Shown here piece by piece: positions 19,769 through 29,379 of a DNA stretch of 64,000 nt (positions are counted from its first letter, which is position 1; every line of letters begins with the position of its first letter). Location of the stretch: positions 160,001-224,000 of the forward strand of contig CAWIEK010000063.1 of NCBI GenBank assembly GCA_963835065.1, read 5' to 3'. The notes beneath the pieces are model-generated. The model was not told the DNA's origin. It saw only the letters and a list, made by a program, of their open reading frames with translations, and ran no database searches. The position numbers and the translations under genes were made by a program. Source of the stretch: an uncultured Chthonomonadaceae bacterium (GTDB lineage: Bacteria > Armatimonadota > Chthonomonadetes > Chthonomonadales > Chthonomonadaceae).

Positions 19769-21125
19769 ATGAACCGGTATCAATGGACGGTCTTGTTCGC
19801 GGCCTGGCTGGGTTGGGGCTTCGACATGTTTGACGCGACGCTGTTTACCCAAGTGGCGGATAAGTGCGTCCCAACCCTGCTGCATGTACCTTCGGCTCTT
19901 CGCAGGTTTCCCTGTGGATGGGCATACTGACATCGGCGCTGCTGCTCAGTTGGGCGGCGGGCGGTGTGTTATTCGGGTGGGTGGCGGATCGGATCGGACG
20001 CGCTCGTACCCTAATGCTGACCATACTCCTATACGCCATCGGCACAGCCTGCTGCGCGTTTGCGCCCAACGTCTGGGTGCTGCTGCTGTTTCGCGTGATT
20101 TCGGGGATGGGCATTGGGGGCGAATGGGCGGCAGGCGCGAGTATCGTGGCCGAGACGGTTCCCGAAGAGCGGCGTGTGCAAGCGGGCACACTGTTGTATA
20201 CCGCCGCGCCAGTCGGCCTGTTTCTCGCCACATTCGCCAATGCGCAGATCGCGGGCAATCTCCTCAAAGGGCACCCGGATGTATCCTGGCGCTATGTGTT
20301 CCTGTGCGGCCTGATCCCTGCCGCCTTTGCCCTTCTGGTGCGCAGATGCGTGAAGGAGCCTGAGGGTTGGACAACTGCGACAACGACAGCGTCTCACAAG
20401 CCGCGTTTGCGCGAGATGTTTGCGGACGTGCGCGAACTGTTTAAGCCCGAAAACATCCGATCCACCCGAAGCGGTCTGATCACGTCCCTGATGGCTTTGA
20501 CTGCCTGGTGGAGCTGCTATGCTTTCATCCCGGAAGTAGCCAGAAACCTGGCGATAAAGAGCGTGGGTGAGCGTCATTTTGACCACCTTAAGATGATGAT
20601 CTGGCCGAACAATACAAGGCGCTGGCAGCCAATAGCTTCCACTGGGGCGGATTGTTAGGAATTTTGCTCATGATGGTTGCCGCCAAATACATGAGACGGC
20701 GCAACATGTTCAACGTATACTTTCTGTGTTCCGCCGCCGCCCTGTTCGCCACGTTCGGGCTGGACCTACAGGCCGAAACGCTCCTGCGCATGTATTTCTT
20801 GCTCGGCGTGACCGTATTCGGCGTGTTCAGCAGTTTCACCTACTATTTGCCGGAACTGTTTCCCACGCGGCTGCGCGCGACTGGATCGGGCTTCTGTTAC
20901 AATATCGGGCGCATTATCGCCGCCTTCGGAACGTTTTGGGTCGGGCACGTGGCTGCCGGCGGCCTTGAAGCCGTGCTGCGCGCGCTGTACTGCATCGGGT
21001 TTGTGCTGCTCTTTGGCCTGCTGTTCGTGCCCGGGATCGTCGAGACGTACAAACTGAATCTGGGTCATGGAGACCTGGCACCAGGTGTTGGCATGGGACC
21101 AGCCCTCCCACAAGGTGGAACGTAG
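19769..21125 (+). CDS. MFS transporter, split by two frameshifts (~19890 and ~20600-20650); start uncertain
   Basis: QWTVLFAAWLGWGFDMFD; GWVADRIGRAR; GMGIGGEWAAG; PELFPTRLRATGSGFCYNIGR across three consecutive frames. Confidence 0.88.
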
Positions 21126-21287
21126 ATGATCATGAAACATACATTACGGAGAAACACAGTGGATATGTGTAGAATCTATATCGCGCAGGCACAAACGTTA
21201 CAATGGGAGAAGGCCGCTTGCCCGATGAGAACACTGCCTTTCGAATTCTGCTCTTTGCAGCATCAAGCGGTATCAACTATCATACTA

Positions 21288-22451
21288 TCACACATCCTTC
21301 ATCCTTTCGGCACTCGCATCATGCGCGGCAAGCGTCAAATCCGCGCCGGAATGGGAGCGGTCTTCCGCTGCCTGCCGTCCATGCCGCATGAACTCGTAAT
21401 CAGCGGCGATTTCCGCGCCGAGCAGCAAAATCGCCATTGAGTAGTACATCCACACAACCAAAATCACGATGCTGCTCAGGGAGCCGTACAAAATCGCGTA
21501 GCCCTGCGAATGGAGCAGGTAGTAGCCGAAGCCGAACTTGGTAATCTGCCAGAACAGCGCGGCGACGCCCGCGCCCAAAAACGCGGACTTCCAGGGCACG
21601 TGCCGGTTGGGGAGAATCTGGTACAAGACGGCAAATAAAATGGTGGTAATCAGCAGGGGAAGCAGGCCCGTCGCGGCTTTCAGCAGCGTGGACTGCACCG
21701 CGCTGTTAAACCAGTGCCCGCTGTAATTGGCAACGTAAGTGACAAGGGCGGAAGCGGCCATATCTGCCGAAAGAAGTACCAGGGTGAAAAAGGTGGCTCC
21801 AAGCGCAATCATGCGCTGCCGGAACCAGTGGCGCGTTTCCGGCACGACCCAGATGATGTTCATGCCCGGCTGCATGGCGAGAAACGTCTGGTGCGCCCCG
21901 TAAATCAGAAACGTCAGGCCGAACAGCCCGGTTACGCGCCGATTTGCAAGTACAGCCGTAAGCTGGTCACGCACAAAATCGAACTTTACAGGAATATAAG
22001 ACTGAATGGCATAAATGGTTTCTCGCAGCGCGGCTTCGCGCCCGCTGAGGAAAAATCCCAATATGGCGACGCCGACAATCAGCAGGGGAACGAGGGACAG
22101 AACCGCGCAGTACGCGCACGAACAGGCCATCAAACTGCATTGGTGCGTGGCGTAAGCGTCGGAAAGGCGGCGAACATAGCGCACAGCGCGCAGACCCTGC
22201 TGACGCGGCTTGGCGTTCACCGGATCGGTATGCTCGATAAACTTGCGGACATGGTGAAACAGCCGGGGCGTAGAAGAATCTACCGGCGCAAGTTCTGTCT
22301 GCGGCAGTTTTTGGATTGGCTGCGCCCCGACTTGCATCGGCGGCATATCGGCTTGGTCGGCGGCATCGGCGGCGTCTTCTGCCCCGACGGCAGGCGTTTC
22401 CACAGCAACAGGTTGTTCAGGCGGTGTTATTTTCATCGGCGCGGGCGGCAA
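21288..22451 (-). CDS. YihY/virulence factor BrkB family membrane protein
   Basis: AYCAVLSLVPLL; LYQILPNRHVPWK; LYGSLSSIVILVVWMYYS...LLGAE. Confidence 0.9.
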   Translation of the reverse strand: MPPAPMKITPPEQPVAVETPAVGAEDAADAADQADMPPMQVGAQPIQKLPQTELAPVDSSTPRLFHHVRKFIEHTDPVNAKPRQQGLRAVRYVRRLSDAYATHQCSLMACSCAYCAVLSLVPLLIVGVAILGFFLSGREAALRETIYAIQSYIPVKFDFVRDQLTAVLANRRVTGLFGLTFLIYGAHQTFLAMQPGMNIIWVVPETRHWFRQRMIALGATFFTLVLLSADMAASALVTYVANYSGHWFNSAVQSTLLKAATGLLPLLITTILFAVLYQILPNRHVPWKSAFLGAGVAALFWQITKFGFGYYLLHSQGYAILYGSLSSIVILVVWMYYSMAILLLGAEIAADYEFMRHGRQAAEDRSHSGADLTLAAHDASAERMKDV

Positions 22452-22506
22452 GTGCTTTAGCGTAACGACGAATCAAACCGCCGGTTAGTGCCGGGAATAT
22501 TGGAGA

Positions 22507-22618
22507 GGGAACAGGGAACAGGGAACAGGGAACAAAGAAAAGAAGACAGAAGACAGAAGAAGAGGATGCACTATCAACTATCAACTGTTTTTCATCCTTC
22601 ATCCTTCATCCTTCATCC
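22507..22618. repeat. Concatemer of four heptamer families: (GGGAACA)4, AGAAGAC, CTATCAA, (TTCATCC)4
   Basis: Read directly; the last block abuts the SDR stop codon at 22619. Confidence 0.92.
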
Positions 22619-23377
22619 TTACCCCCGCATATCCACGCCGCCGTCTACCGTGACCGTTGTGCCCGTGATGAAGCCGGACAAGTCACTGAGCAGAAACACG
22701 GTGGGGCCGGCTACGTCGTCGGGCAGGCCGATGCGTCCGAGCGGGAAATTACGCGCCACTTCTTCGCGGCCTGCGGCATCCAGACTCGGCGCGGCCATAT
22801 CCGTGTCCGTCCATGCGGGCGCGATGCAGTTGACGCGGATGTTGTCGGGAGCCAGTTCCTTCGCCATCGAGCGCATGAACATAATCTGCGCGCCTTTGGA
22901 GGTTGCATACGCGGAGTATACGTTGGAACCGCGCTGCCCCGCCGTTGACGTGTAGATGACGATACTGCCGCCATGCCCGCCCTGCCGCATCAGACGCGCC
23001 GCTGCCCGCACGGTCAGAAATGTGCCGCGCAGGTTGATCGCCATCGTGCGCTCCCAGAATTCCAGCGACATTTCTTCAATCGGGCAGCCCTCGAAAATGC
23101 CGGCGGAAACCACCAGCCCGCGCAAGGGTCCTAACTTTTCTACCGCCGCGTCCATCGCGTTTTCGGTGGCGGATTCGTCGGAAATGTCGGCCTGCACCGC
23201 AAACGCGCGCCGTCCCACCCTTTCCACATCGGACACAACGGCGTTGGCCGCGTTCGCATTGCGCAGGTAGTTGACCGACACATCCGCGCCGCACCGCGCC
23301 GACATCCGCGCCGCAGCGGCTCCGATGCCCCGGCTGCCGCCCGCAATAAAAATATGCCTGCCTGTCAAATCAATCAT
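22619..23377 (-). CDS. SDR family oxidoreductase (FabG-like)
   Basis: GGSRGIG, YATSK, NIRVNCIAP, TVDGG. Confidence 0.95.
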   Translation of the reverse strand: MIDLTGRHIFIAGGSRGIGAAAARMSARCGADVSVNYLRNANAANAVVSDVERVGRRAFAVQADISDESATENAMDAAVEKLGPLRGLVVSAGIFEGCPIEEMSLEFWERTMAINLRGTFLTVRAAARLMRQGGHGGSIVIYTSTAGQRGSNVYSAYATSKGAQIMFMRSMAKELAPDNIRVNCIAPAWTDTDMAAPSLDAAGREEVARNFPLGRIGLPDDVAGPTVFLLSDLSGFITGTTVTVDGGVDMRG

Positions 23378-23515
23378 AATCTGCTCCGATTATTCTGCGA
23401 CGTAAGTCTTCGCCAGTACCCGGCATATACCATCTAAATCTCTTTGCCGGTTGTTAGACCTGCGGCCAATCGTCCTGCGGACGAGGGATTGTGCTGTGTT
23501 TAAGTGGCTTGCCTA

Positions 23516-24607
23516 TCAGGGATGCGTGGCGGGTAAGGGTTTGGCGAGCGCGTTCAGGTCGCCGAAGTTTTTCTTTACATAAGCCGCGTACCATTTGGCT
23601 TCCTCGCCTTGATTGGTTTCACGCGGGTAAATCGCGTCTACGGTGGCTTTGGTGATTTGTTCCGTGCCGACATCCACCCAGCCTTTGGGCAGGGGCGTTT
23701 TGTCGCGCAAATGGCGCACCATAGCGAGAACCGGCAGATAGCCTTGCAGGTACGGATGCTGTCCCAAACTGATCTGCGTGGTTCCCGCCTTAATGGAGTC
23801 CAGCGTTTCCGTGTTCAGGTCGTAGCCGCCGATGAGCCATTTGCCATTGGTGCGCGTTTTCAATTTGGCGAGGTTGGGAATGTCCATCGAACAGAGGCCG
23901 ACAGTGGCGACGGCATCGGGGTTCGCGGTCGCCTGATTTTCCCATGCGGAATAATTGGCCGTGTTTTCCGTGCCCACGTCTTTGGGGTCGGTGACGGTGT
24001 ACGCGCTGCCTTCCAGTCCCTTCTTGAACCCCTTGTAACGCTCTTCCAGCACGGCAACGCCCGGTTTGCAAATCCCTGCGAGGATTTTGCCGCTTTTCTT
24101 GCCGTCCGCTTCCAGCATTTTGCGCAATTCTGTCGCCAAAATCACGCCGCTCTGGTACTCGTCCTGCCCGAACCACGAGGCCGCGCCCGACTCCGCGCTC
24201 GTAATGTTGGAGGTGACGACAGGAACGCCCGCATCCGTCGCTTCCTTGATAGGCTTGACCCACACTTCACCCGGCATCGGAACCACGACCATGCCGTCCA
24301 ATTTCTTCTGCACCATGCCCTCGAACATGCCGATGGCTTCCGTCGCCTCAAAACTCGACGGCCCCTGTACCTCCACATCCACGTCCAAATCGCGCCCCGC
24401 CTGCTCCGCGCCCCGCTTGATAACAGCGGTAAAGTCGTTCAAGCCATGCAGCACGTAGCCGATTTTAAGCCGTTTCTGCTCCTTGCCATTCGCGGCAGGC
24501 TTTGACGTACCCATATCGCCGGCAGTCGCGGGCGTGTCGGCAGGCCGGTTGCACGAGGCCAAAAGCAGAAAGGGAAGCGCAGTCCACAGTGAGCGCAAGC
24601 ATTTCAT
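23516..24607 (-). CDS. Sugar ABC transporter substrate-binding lipoprotein
   Basis: Lipobox LLASC; RbsB-like fold motifs; GQHPYLQGY. Confidence 0.92.
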   Translation of the reverse strand: MKCLRSLWTALPFLLLASCNRPADTPATAGDMGTSKPAANGKEQKRLKIGYVLHGLNDFTAVIKRGAEQAGRDLDVDVEVQGPSSFEATEAIGMFEGMVQKKLDGMVVVPMPGEVWVKPIKEATDAGVPVVTSNITSAESGAASWFGQDEYQSGVILATELRKMLEADGKKSGKILAGICKPGVAVLEERYKGFKKGLEGSAYTVTDPKDVGTENTANYSAWENQATANPDAVATVGLCSMDIPNLAKLKTRTNGKWLIGGYDLNTETLDSIKAGTTQISLGQHPYLQGYLPVLAMVRHLRDKTPLPKGWVDVGTEQITKATVDAIYPRETNQGEEAKWYAAYVKKNFGDLNALAKPLPATHP

Positions 24608-24627
24608 ATAGGGTTCCTTTTTAGGAG

Positions 24628-24749
24628 GGTGTTCAGGTGTTCAGGTGTTCGGGTATTCAGGTGTTCGGATAATACTCTTGCTGCGCTAAAGTAAACTTCG
24701 ATACTTTTGCATTGACCTGAATACCCGAACACCTGAACACCTGAACACC
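24628..24749. repeat. Octamer inverted repeat (GGTGTTCA)n / (TGAACACC)n; related copies at 7661-7692 and 26018-26050
   Basis: Arms about 24628-24668 and 24717-24749; abuts the permease stop codon. Confidence 0.9.
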
Positions 24750-25738
24750 TACTTCGTCCGTCTTCGCACGAACGAGTCAATGGCGACGGCGACGATGATG
24801 GCGGCTCCGGTCACGGCGACATCGGTATTGGGTGGAGCGCCGAGCAGGATGAGGCCGTTGCGAATCACATAGATAATCAATGCGCCCAGAATGGCTCCGG
24901 GAACCGAACCCCTGCCGCCGCTCAGGGCCGTGCCGCCGATAATCACGCTGGCAATCACCCACAGTTCATAGCTTGGGCCGGTGCTGGGGTCGGCAGACTG
25001 CAAGAATGCAAGCGCGGCAATCCCGGCAAGCGCGGCAATCATGCCGTTCATGGTCATCACGGCGATGCGAACATGATCCAGGGCAAGCCCGGACAGGCGA
25101 GCGGCAGTCGGGTTGCCGCCAATGGCTTCGATACGCCGTCCCGCAACCGTGCGCGTCAACACCAGCCAGCCAAGCGCAGCGGCGATAATCATGACAATGG
25201 CGCTCGTGGGCATGCCGAAGATCGCGCCGCCGCCAACCGTAAAGAACCATTGGTTTTTGGGAAACCGGCTGACGGGCGCGTTGCTGCACAATATCAGCGC
25301 GATGCCGCGATAAATGCTCAACGTTCCCAATGTGACGATAATCATCGGAATGCGCAGCAGCACGGCTACAACGCCATTGAACAATCCGCAAACCGCGCCC
25401 GTTCCCAATCCAATCAGCAGCGCAAGGGGAACCGGCAAGCCTTTTTGCAGGGCAAGCGCGGTGACAACATTGGTCAGCGTGAGTATGGAGCCGACGGACA
25501 AATCAATGTCGCCCATCGTCACGACAAACACCATGCCGACTGCCATGATGCCGATATAGGACGATTGCCGCGCCACTTTCAGCAGGTTCAGCGCAGTAGG
25601 GAATGTGGGCGTCGCAATCGTAAGCGCCACACAAAGCGCCACGAGGGCAATCAAAACGCCGAGTTCCTGTAACGCCCGCAAGCGTTGATACGCGCGCCTT
25701 GCGCTTCCCGCCGCGCCGGGAACCTGATTGTCACTCAT
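24749..25738 (-). CDS. Sugar ABC transporter permease (RbsC-like)
   Basis: GDIDLSVGS; AIGGNPTAARLSG; VIASVIIGGTALSGGRG. Confidence 0.95.
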   Translation of the reverse strand: MSDNQVPGAAGSARRAYQRLRALQELGVLIALVALCVALTIATPTFPTALNLLKVARQSSYIGIMAVGMVFVVTMGDIDLSVGSILTLTNVVTALALQKGLPVPLALLIGLGTGAVCGLFNGVVAVLLRIPMIIVTLGTLSIYRGIALILCSNAPVSRFPKNQWFFTVGGGAIFGMPTSAIVMIIAAALGWLVLTRTVAGRRIEAIGGNPTAARLSGLALDHVRIAVMTMNGMIAALAGIAALAFLQSADPSTGPSYELWVIASVIIGGTALSGGRGSVPGAILGALIIYVIRNGLILLGAPPNTDVAVTGAAIIVAVAIDSFVRRRTK

Positions 25739-25778
25739 AACAGTGCCGTCCGTGCAATAACATTTCAAATAAGAATCC

Positions 25779-25945
25779 GTAGGGACACAACATGTTGTGT
25801 CCGCCCGCTGCGGCACATCCTCTTCCTATAATGTAGAGTGCGGACACAACATATAGAGCGCGGACACAACATATAGAGCGCGGACACAACGTATGGAGCG
25901 CGGACACAACGTATGGAGCGCGGACACAACATGTTGTGTCCCTAC
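25779..25945. repeat. GTAG-type REP doublet (REPIN-like) enclosing a 20-bp tandem array
   Basis: Perfect 26-bp inverted ends gtagggacacaacatgttgtgtccgc; five ~20-bp units at 25831-25930. Confidence 0.88.
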
Positions 25946-26058
25946 CGCCTTGTTTTTGCGGGAAAGGTGTTTTATTTTAACGGCTTTGTCCATAATACCG
26001 TTTGAAATGCGTATTTCCCGAACACCCGAATACCTGAATACCTGAACACCGCTCGTAA

Positions 26059-26961
26059 TTATTGTTCATCCAGCACATGCGCCATCGTTACCAGATGCGA
26101 CATTGTGTGATCGGCAAACGTCCAGACAACTTTCTTATCCCGCGTGACCTCGAAGAAGTGAACGCCCGTGCCTTCCTTGCCCTGCAAGAAGTTGGCGACG
26201 ACCAGATTGCCGTTTTTCAAGCGCTGGATTCCTGTAATCCAATACAGGCCGAGAGTGGGCGCGTCCTTGGGGCCGAATTCCCACACGATTTCGCCTTTGG
26301 GCGTGATTTCCATCACCTTCGCGGTTTTGCCGCCACCCACAAGCGTGTTGCCGTTAGGCAGGCGCGCGGCCTCGAACACGCTGTCCACGCCGGGGTACTC
26401 CCACGTTATTTTTCCCGCAGGATCGTACTCGCGGATCACGCCGTCCCCCTCATGGCAGGCGAGAATGTTGCCGTTTTTGAGTTTGTGCAGAGAGCGCAAT
26501 TGGCGATGCGCCCCTTTTTCGTTCGTCGTCAGGGGCGTGATATGCGCTTCCTCGCCTTTGCGGTTCACTTCCACCGCCTGACACGGCCCCTCTTCCCCAA
26601 CCAGAACATTGCCGTTCGGCAGGCGGCTGAAACCCAATACTTGCTCACATTTCGCCGTGTAATTCCACACGATATGATGCTGCCGATCCACTTCCTGAAC
26701 GCCCGTCGGGTTGCCGCCGTAAGCGTACATCACATTGCCGTTTTTCAAAACCTCGAACATCACGGCCAGACTCGGCACGGGATGCTCCCACAACACTTGC
26801 CCGTCTTCCGACAGTTCAATCAACTTATTTCCCGGCGAGTATTGCATGAACATAAAATGGTGACGTTTGGGCGGAGGCGTGTCGGCGCGTGGCGCGTTCA
26901 CCGCAGCGGTAAGCGCAAGCAGCGTCAGCGCAGGCAACAGGATGTGAGCAGCAAATCGCAT
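26059..26961 (-). CDS. Secreted beta-propeller repeat protein
   Basis: Signal peptide; repeated L(P/K)NGNxL...ExxxxGxxxWxY blades. Confidence 0.82.
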   Translation of the reverse strand: MRFAAHILLPALTLLALTAAVNAPRADTPPPKRHHFMFMQYSPGNKLIELSEDGQVLWEHPVPSLAVMFEVLKNGNVMYAYGGNPTGVQEVDRQHHIVWNYTAKCEQVLGFSRLPNGNVLVGEEGPCQAVEVNRKGEEAHITPLTTNEKGAHRQLRSLHKLKNGNILACHEGDGVIREYDPAGKITWEYPGVDSVFEAARLPNGNTLVGGGKTAKVMEITPKGEIVWEFGPKDAPTLGLYWITGIQRLKNGNLVVANFLQGKEGTGVHFFEVTRDKKVVWTFADHTMSHLVTMAHVLDEQ

Positions 26962-27082
26962 ACAGCGTATCTCCAGAACTCGGAACCAGCCTTGTATTCC
27001 GAACAGCAGCCTTGCAGCGGAGGAACGAGCAGACATTCGCCGTTCTTACGGGAATATCCTGCTGAAAGTTGAAAAAAGAAAT

Positions 27083-27160
27083 TAGCCGCGAATGAACGCG
27101 AATAAACGCGAATGTAAGTTCACCACAGAGACACAGAGACACAGAGGGGTCACAGAGAGA
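27083..27160. repeat. Short-unit repeats (ACGCGAAT-type and CACAGAGA-type); related copy at 33066-33096
   Basis: tagccgcgaatgaacgcgaataaacgcgaat followed by cacagagacacagagacacagag. Confidence 0.8.
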
Positions 27161-27199
27161 TAAGGGTTGACAGGCGTTTTCAACCACCGGCTCAAACGG

Positions 27200-29314
27200 C
27201 TACTTCTTCGCCACCGTCAGCGCAATGGCGGGAACGAGAATGACGGAATTGCCGATGTGCGCCTGTACGATGATGTTGGCGAAGTCGGCGGGGGCGTCGG
27301 GCGCGGCGGTGAGCGTGATTTTGCCGTCCGTTTGCCCGTCCGGGATGGCTGTTGCGGTCAGCGTTACTTTGGCAGGCAGGTTACGCGCGTCCAGTTTGAT
27401 TTCGCCTTTAGCGTTCGGTTCGCGGAGGATGTGAATTGGAATTTCTGCCGTTACGCCCTGCGTCAGTTTTAGATTGGAAACGGGCGTTGTCACGGTGATA
27501 GCGTTGGTACGCTCCGTTGTGGCGAGTACCAGCATATCCCACAGATGATGCGGGCGCGTGTAGCTGAACTCGACGGACAGCAGCAGGTCAATGGAGCGGT
27601 GTTCGTACTGTTCCCACGCGGGCGCTTCCTGCACAACGGTTTTGCCGCCAACGGTGGCTTCGCCCCGAATGTGAACGTCGCTTGCGGCAAAGGGCGTGTT
27701 GGGCGCAGCCGTCAGGGTCAGTTCGGTTGTGTTTTTGCCCGCCGCGATTGTGCCGCCCGCGCAGGTAACGCCGGGGAGCAGATTGGCGACATTCACCATC
27801 ACCGCGCCGTTGAAACCGCCCAATCGTTCCAGCGTTACGGGCAGCGCAATCGTTCCGCCAACGGGCACGGCCAACTTGTCCACGCCAATCGCCAGCCGAA
27901 AATCCGGCACAACGGGGCGAACGGCAAGCCGATAGCCGCAATCCGGGCCGACAACTTCCTCGACGTTGCTGATTTCAACCGTGTAAGTGCCTTCTGCGGG
28001 CGCGGCAAATTCCAGTTGCGCGTCCTTGCCCAATCCCGGCGCGTCGTCATTGGCGGCGAGTTCCTTGCCTGCCGCGTCCAGTATGCGGATCGCGCCATCA
28101 ATGCGCGACCCGATGCGCCGCCCGAACAAATCAAACATAATTCGCGTTTTAGGCGTGGCGTGGAACGCGAAGCGGGCGCGGGGCGAACGGGCAAACACGC
28201 CGTCAAGGTTTGCAGGCAAGGGCGGCAGCGACTGCAAACTTTCCACGCTCCCGACATTCTGCGCCGTTGCCAAATCCACCATTAGCGGCACAAGCAGCAC
28301 ATTCGAGCCGTCGGAAGTACCGGAAATACCGGTACTACCCGGCGAACCTGCCTTGCCAACCGCAACATCGGCCCAATACACGCCGGAAGCAACATCGGAA
28401 GGAAGCGTAACCGGTATGGTTGTGGCAGCAAGGTTCGCGCCCTGTAAGGTCAATTCAACGGTTTTGCCTGGCTGTCCGCCATGCGGCAGCAGCGTAGAAA
28501 TCAATCCCGCGCGCCCGGCAAGCAGACGATAGGTGTAATTCGGACCGCCGTTGTACTCCGAGTCGCGCACGGTCAGGAAATAGCGTCCGGGTTTGGCAAA
28601 CGTATACCCGAAGCGCGGGTCGCTTTCCCATGTAGACTGCGCCAGCTTCAAACTCACGCCCTTCGCGTCCGTAATCTCCAACACGGGATCGAAGCGGGAA
28701 CGGATACGGTCGGCAAAGCAATCGAACGTCCACGTTTCGCCCTGCATCGCGGTAAACGCGAATCTGTCCCGCCCCGCCCGCGCTGCAATCCGTCCGTTAA
28801 TCACCGCGTTGGCTTTGCCGTCCAATTCAATCGGCACTGCGCTTTCCGCCAATGTCTGCTCCAGTACCTGATTGCCGCGCACATCCACCCAGAAGCGCAG
28901 CCCGCCGGAAACCCCTTTCGGCGTGGTCACGCGCACCTCATGCGGCCCTAACCGCGCCCCCGTCCCCACTTCCAATTCCGCCGTCAGCCCGTTCCCATCC
29001 GCCGGCGCCTGCACCGACTTGACAGCAATCCCGCCCCCACTCACCTGTAAGCGACTGCCCGCCAAATTCTTGCCGTCAATTCTAATGCGCGTCGTCTGCC
29101 CGCGCGGCCCGCCGGAAGGCAGCATCCCGCCCACGTCTGGAGCCTGCGCCCACGCAGAAGAAAGTGAACCACCCGCTAACGCTAGAGACACAGAGACACA
29201 GAGGAAAAGCCGATGCGAGGAGAATAAGAGAGGACGAAGGAAACCTCTAAACATGCCTGCCTTCGTTCCATTTGATTGGCAACTCTCCTCTCTTATCTTC
29301 TTTTTTTCTCGCAT
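27200..29314 (-). CDS. PPC (pre-peptidase C-terminal) domain protein, Planctomycete-type; start uncertain
   Basis: PSGGPRGQT; ADRIRSRFDPVLEI; GRRIGSRIDGAIRILDAAGKELAANDD; GTYTVEI. Confidence 0.85.
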   Translation of the reverse strand: MREKKKIREESCQSNGTKAGMFRGFLRPLLFSSHRLFLCVSVSLALAGGSLSSAWAQAPDVGGMLPSGGPRGQTTRIRIDGKNLAGSRLQVSGGGIAVKSVQAPADGNGLTAELEVGTGARLGPHEVRVTTPKGVSGGLRFWVDVRGNQVLEQTLAESAVPIELDGKANAVINGRIAARAGRDRFAFTAMQGETWTFDCFADRIRSRFDPVLEITDAKGVSLKLAQSTWESDPRFGYTFAKPGRYFLTVRDSEYNGGPNYTYRLLAGRAGLISTLLPHGGQPGKTVELTLQGANLAATTIPVTLPSDVASGVYWADVAVGKAGSPGSTGISGTSDGSNVLLVPLMVDLATAQNVGSVESLQSLPPLPANLDGVFARSPRARFAFHATPKTRIMFDLFGRRIGSRIDGAIRILDAAGKELAANDDAPGLGKDAQLEFAAPAEGTYTVEISNVEEVVGPDCGYRLAVRPVVPDFRLAIGVDKLAVPVGGTIALPVTLERLGGFNGAVMVNVANLLPGVTCAGGTIAAGKNTTELTLTAAPNTPFAASDVHIRGEATVGGKTVVQEAPAWEQYEHRSIDLLLSVEFSYTRPHHLWDMLVLATTERTNAITVTTPVSNLKLTQGVTAEIPIHILREPNAKGEIKLDARNLPAKVTLTATAIPDGQTDGKITLTAAPDAPADFANIIVQAHIGNSVILVPAIALTVAKK

Positions 29315-29359
29315 TGCTTTTCCTCTGTGTCTCTGTGTCTCTAGCGTTAGCGGGTGGTT
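29167..29359. repeat. Perfect 44-bp inverted repeat spanning the PPC gene start
   Basis: 29167-29210 is the exact reverse complement of 29316-29359. Confidence 0.95.
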
Positions 29360-29379
29360 AGTTTTCCTCCCTGTCTCCT

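Noticed and set aside
25831..25930. Mini CRISPR array
   Set aside because: The period is only 20 bp, the would-be spacers are near-identical 10-mers, and there are no cas genes; it is a tandem repeat inside a REP doublet
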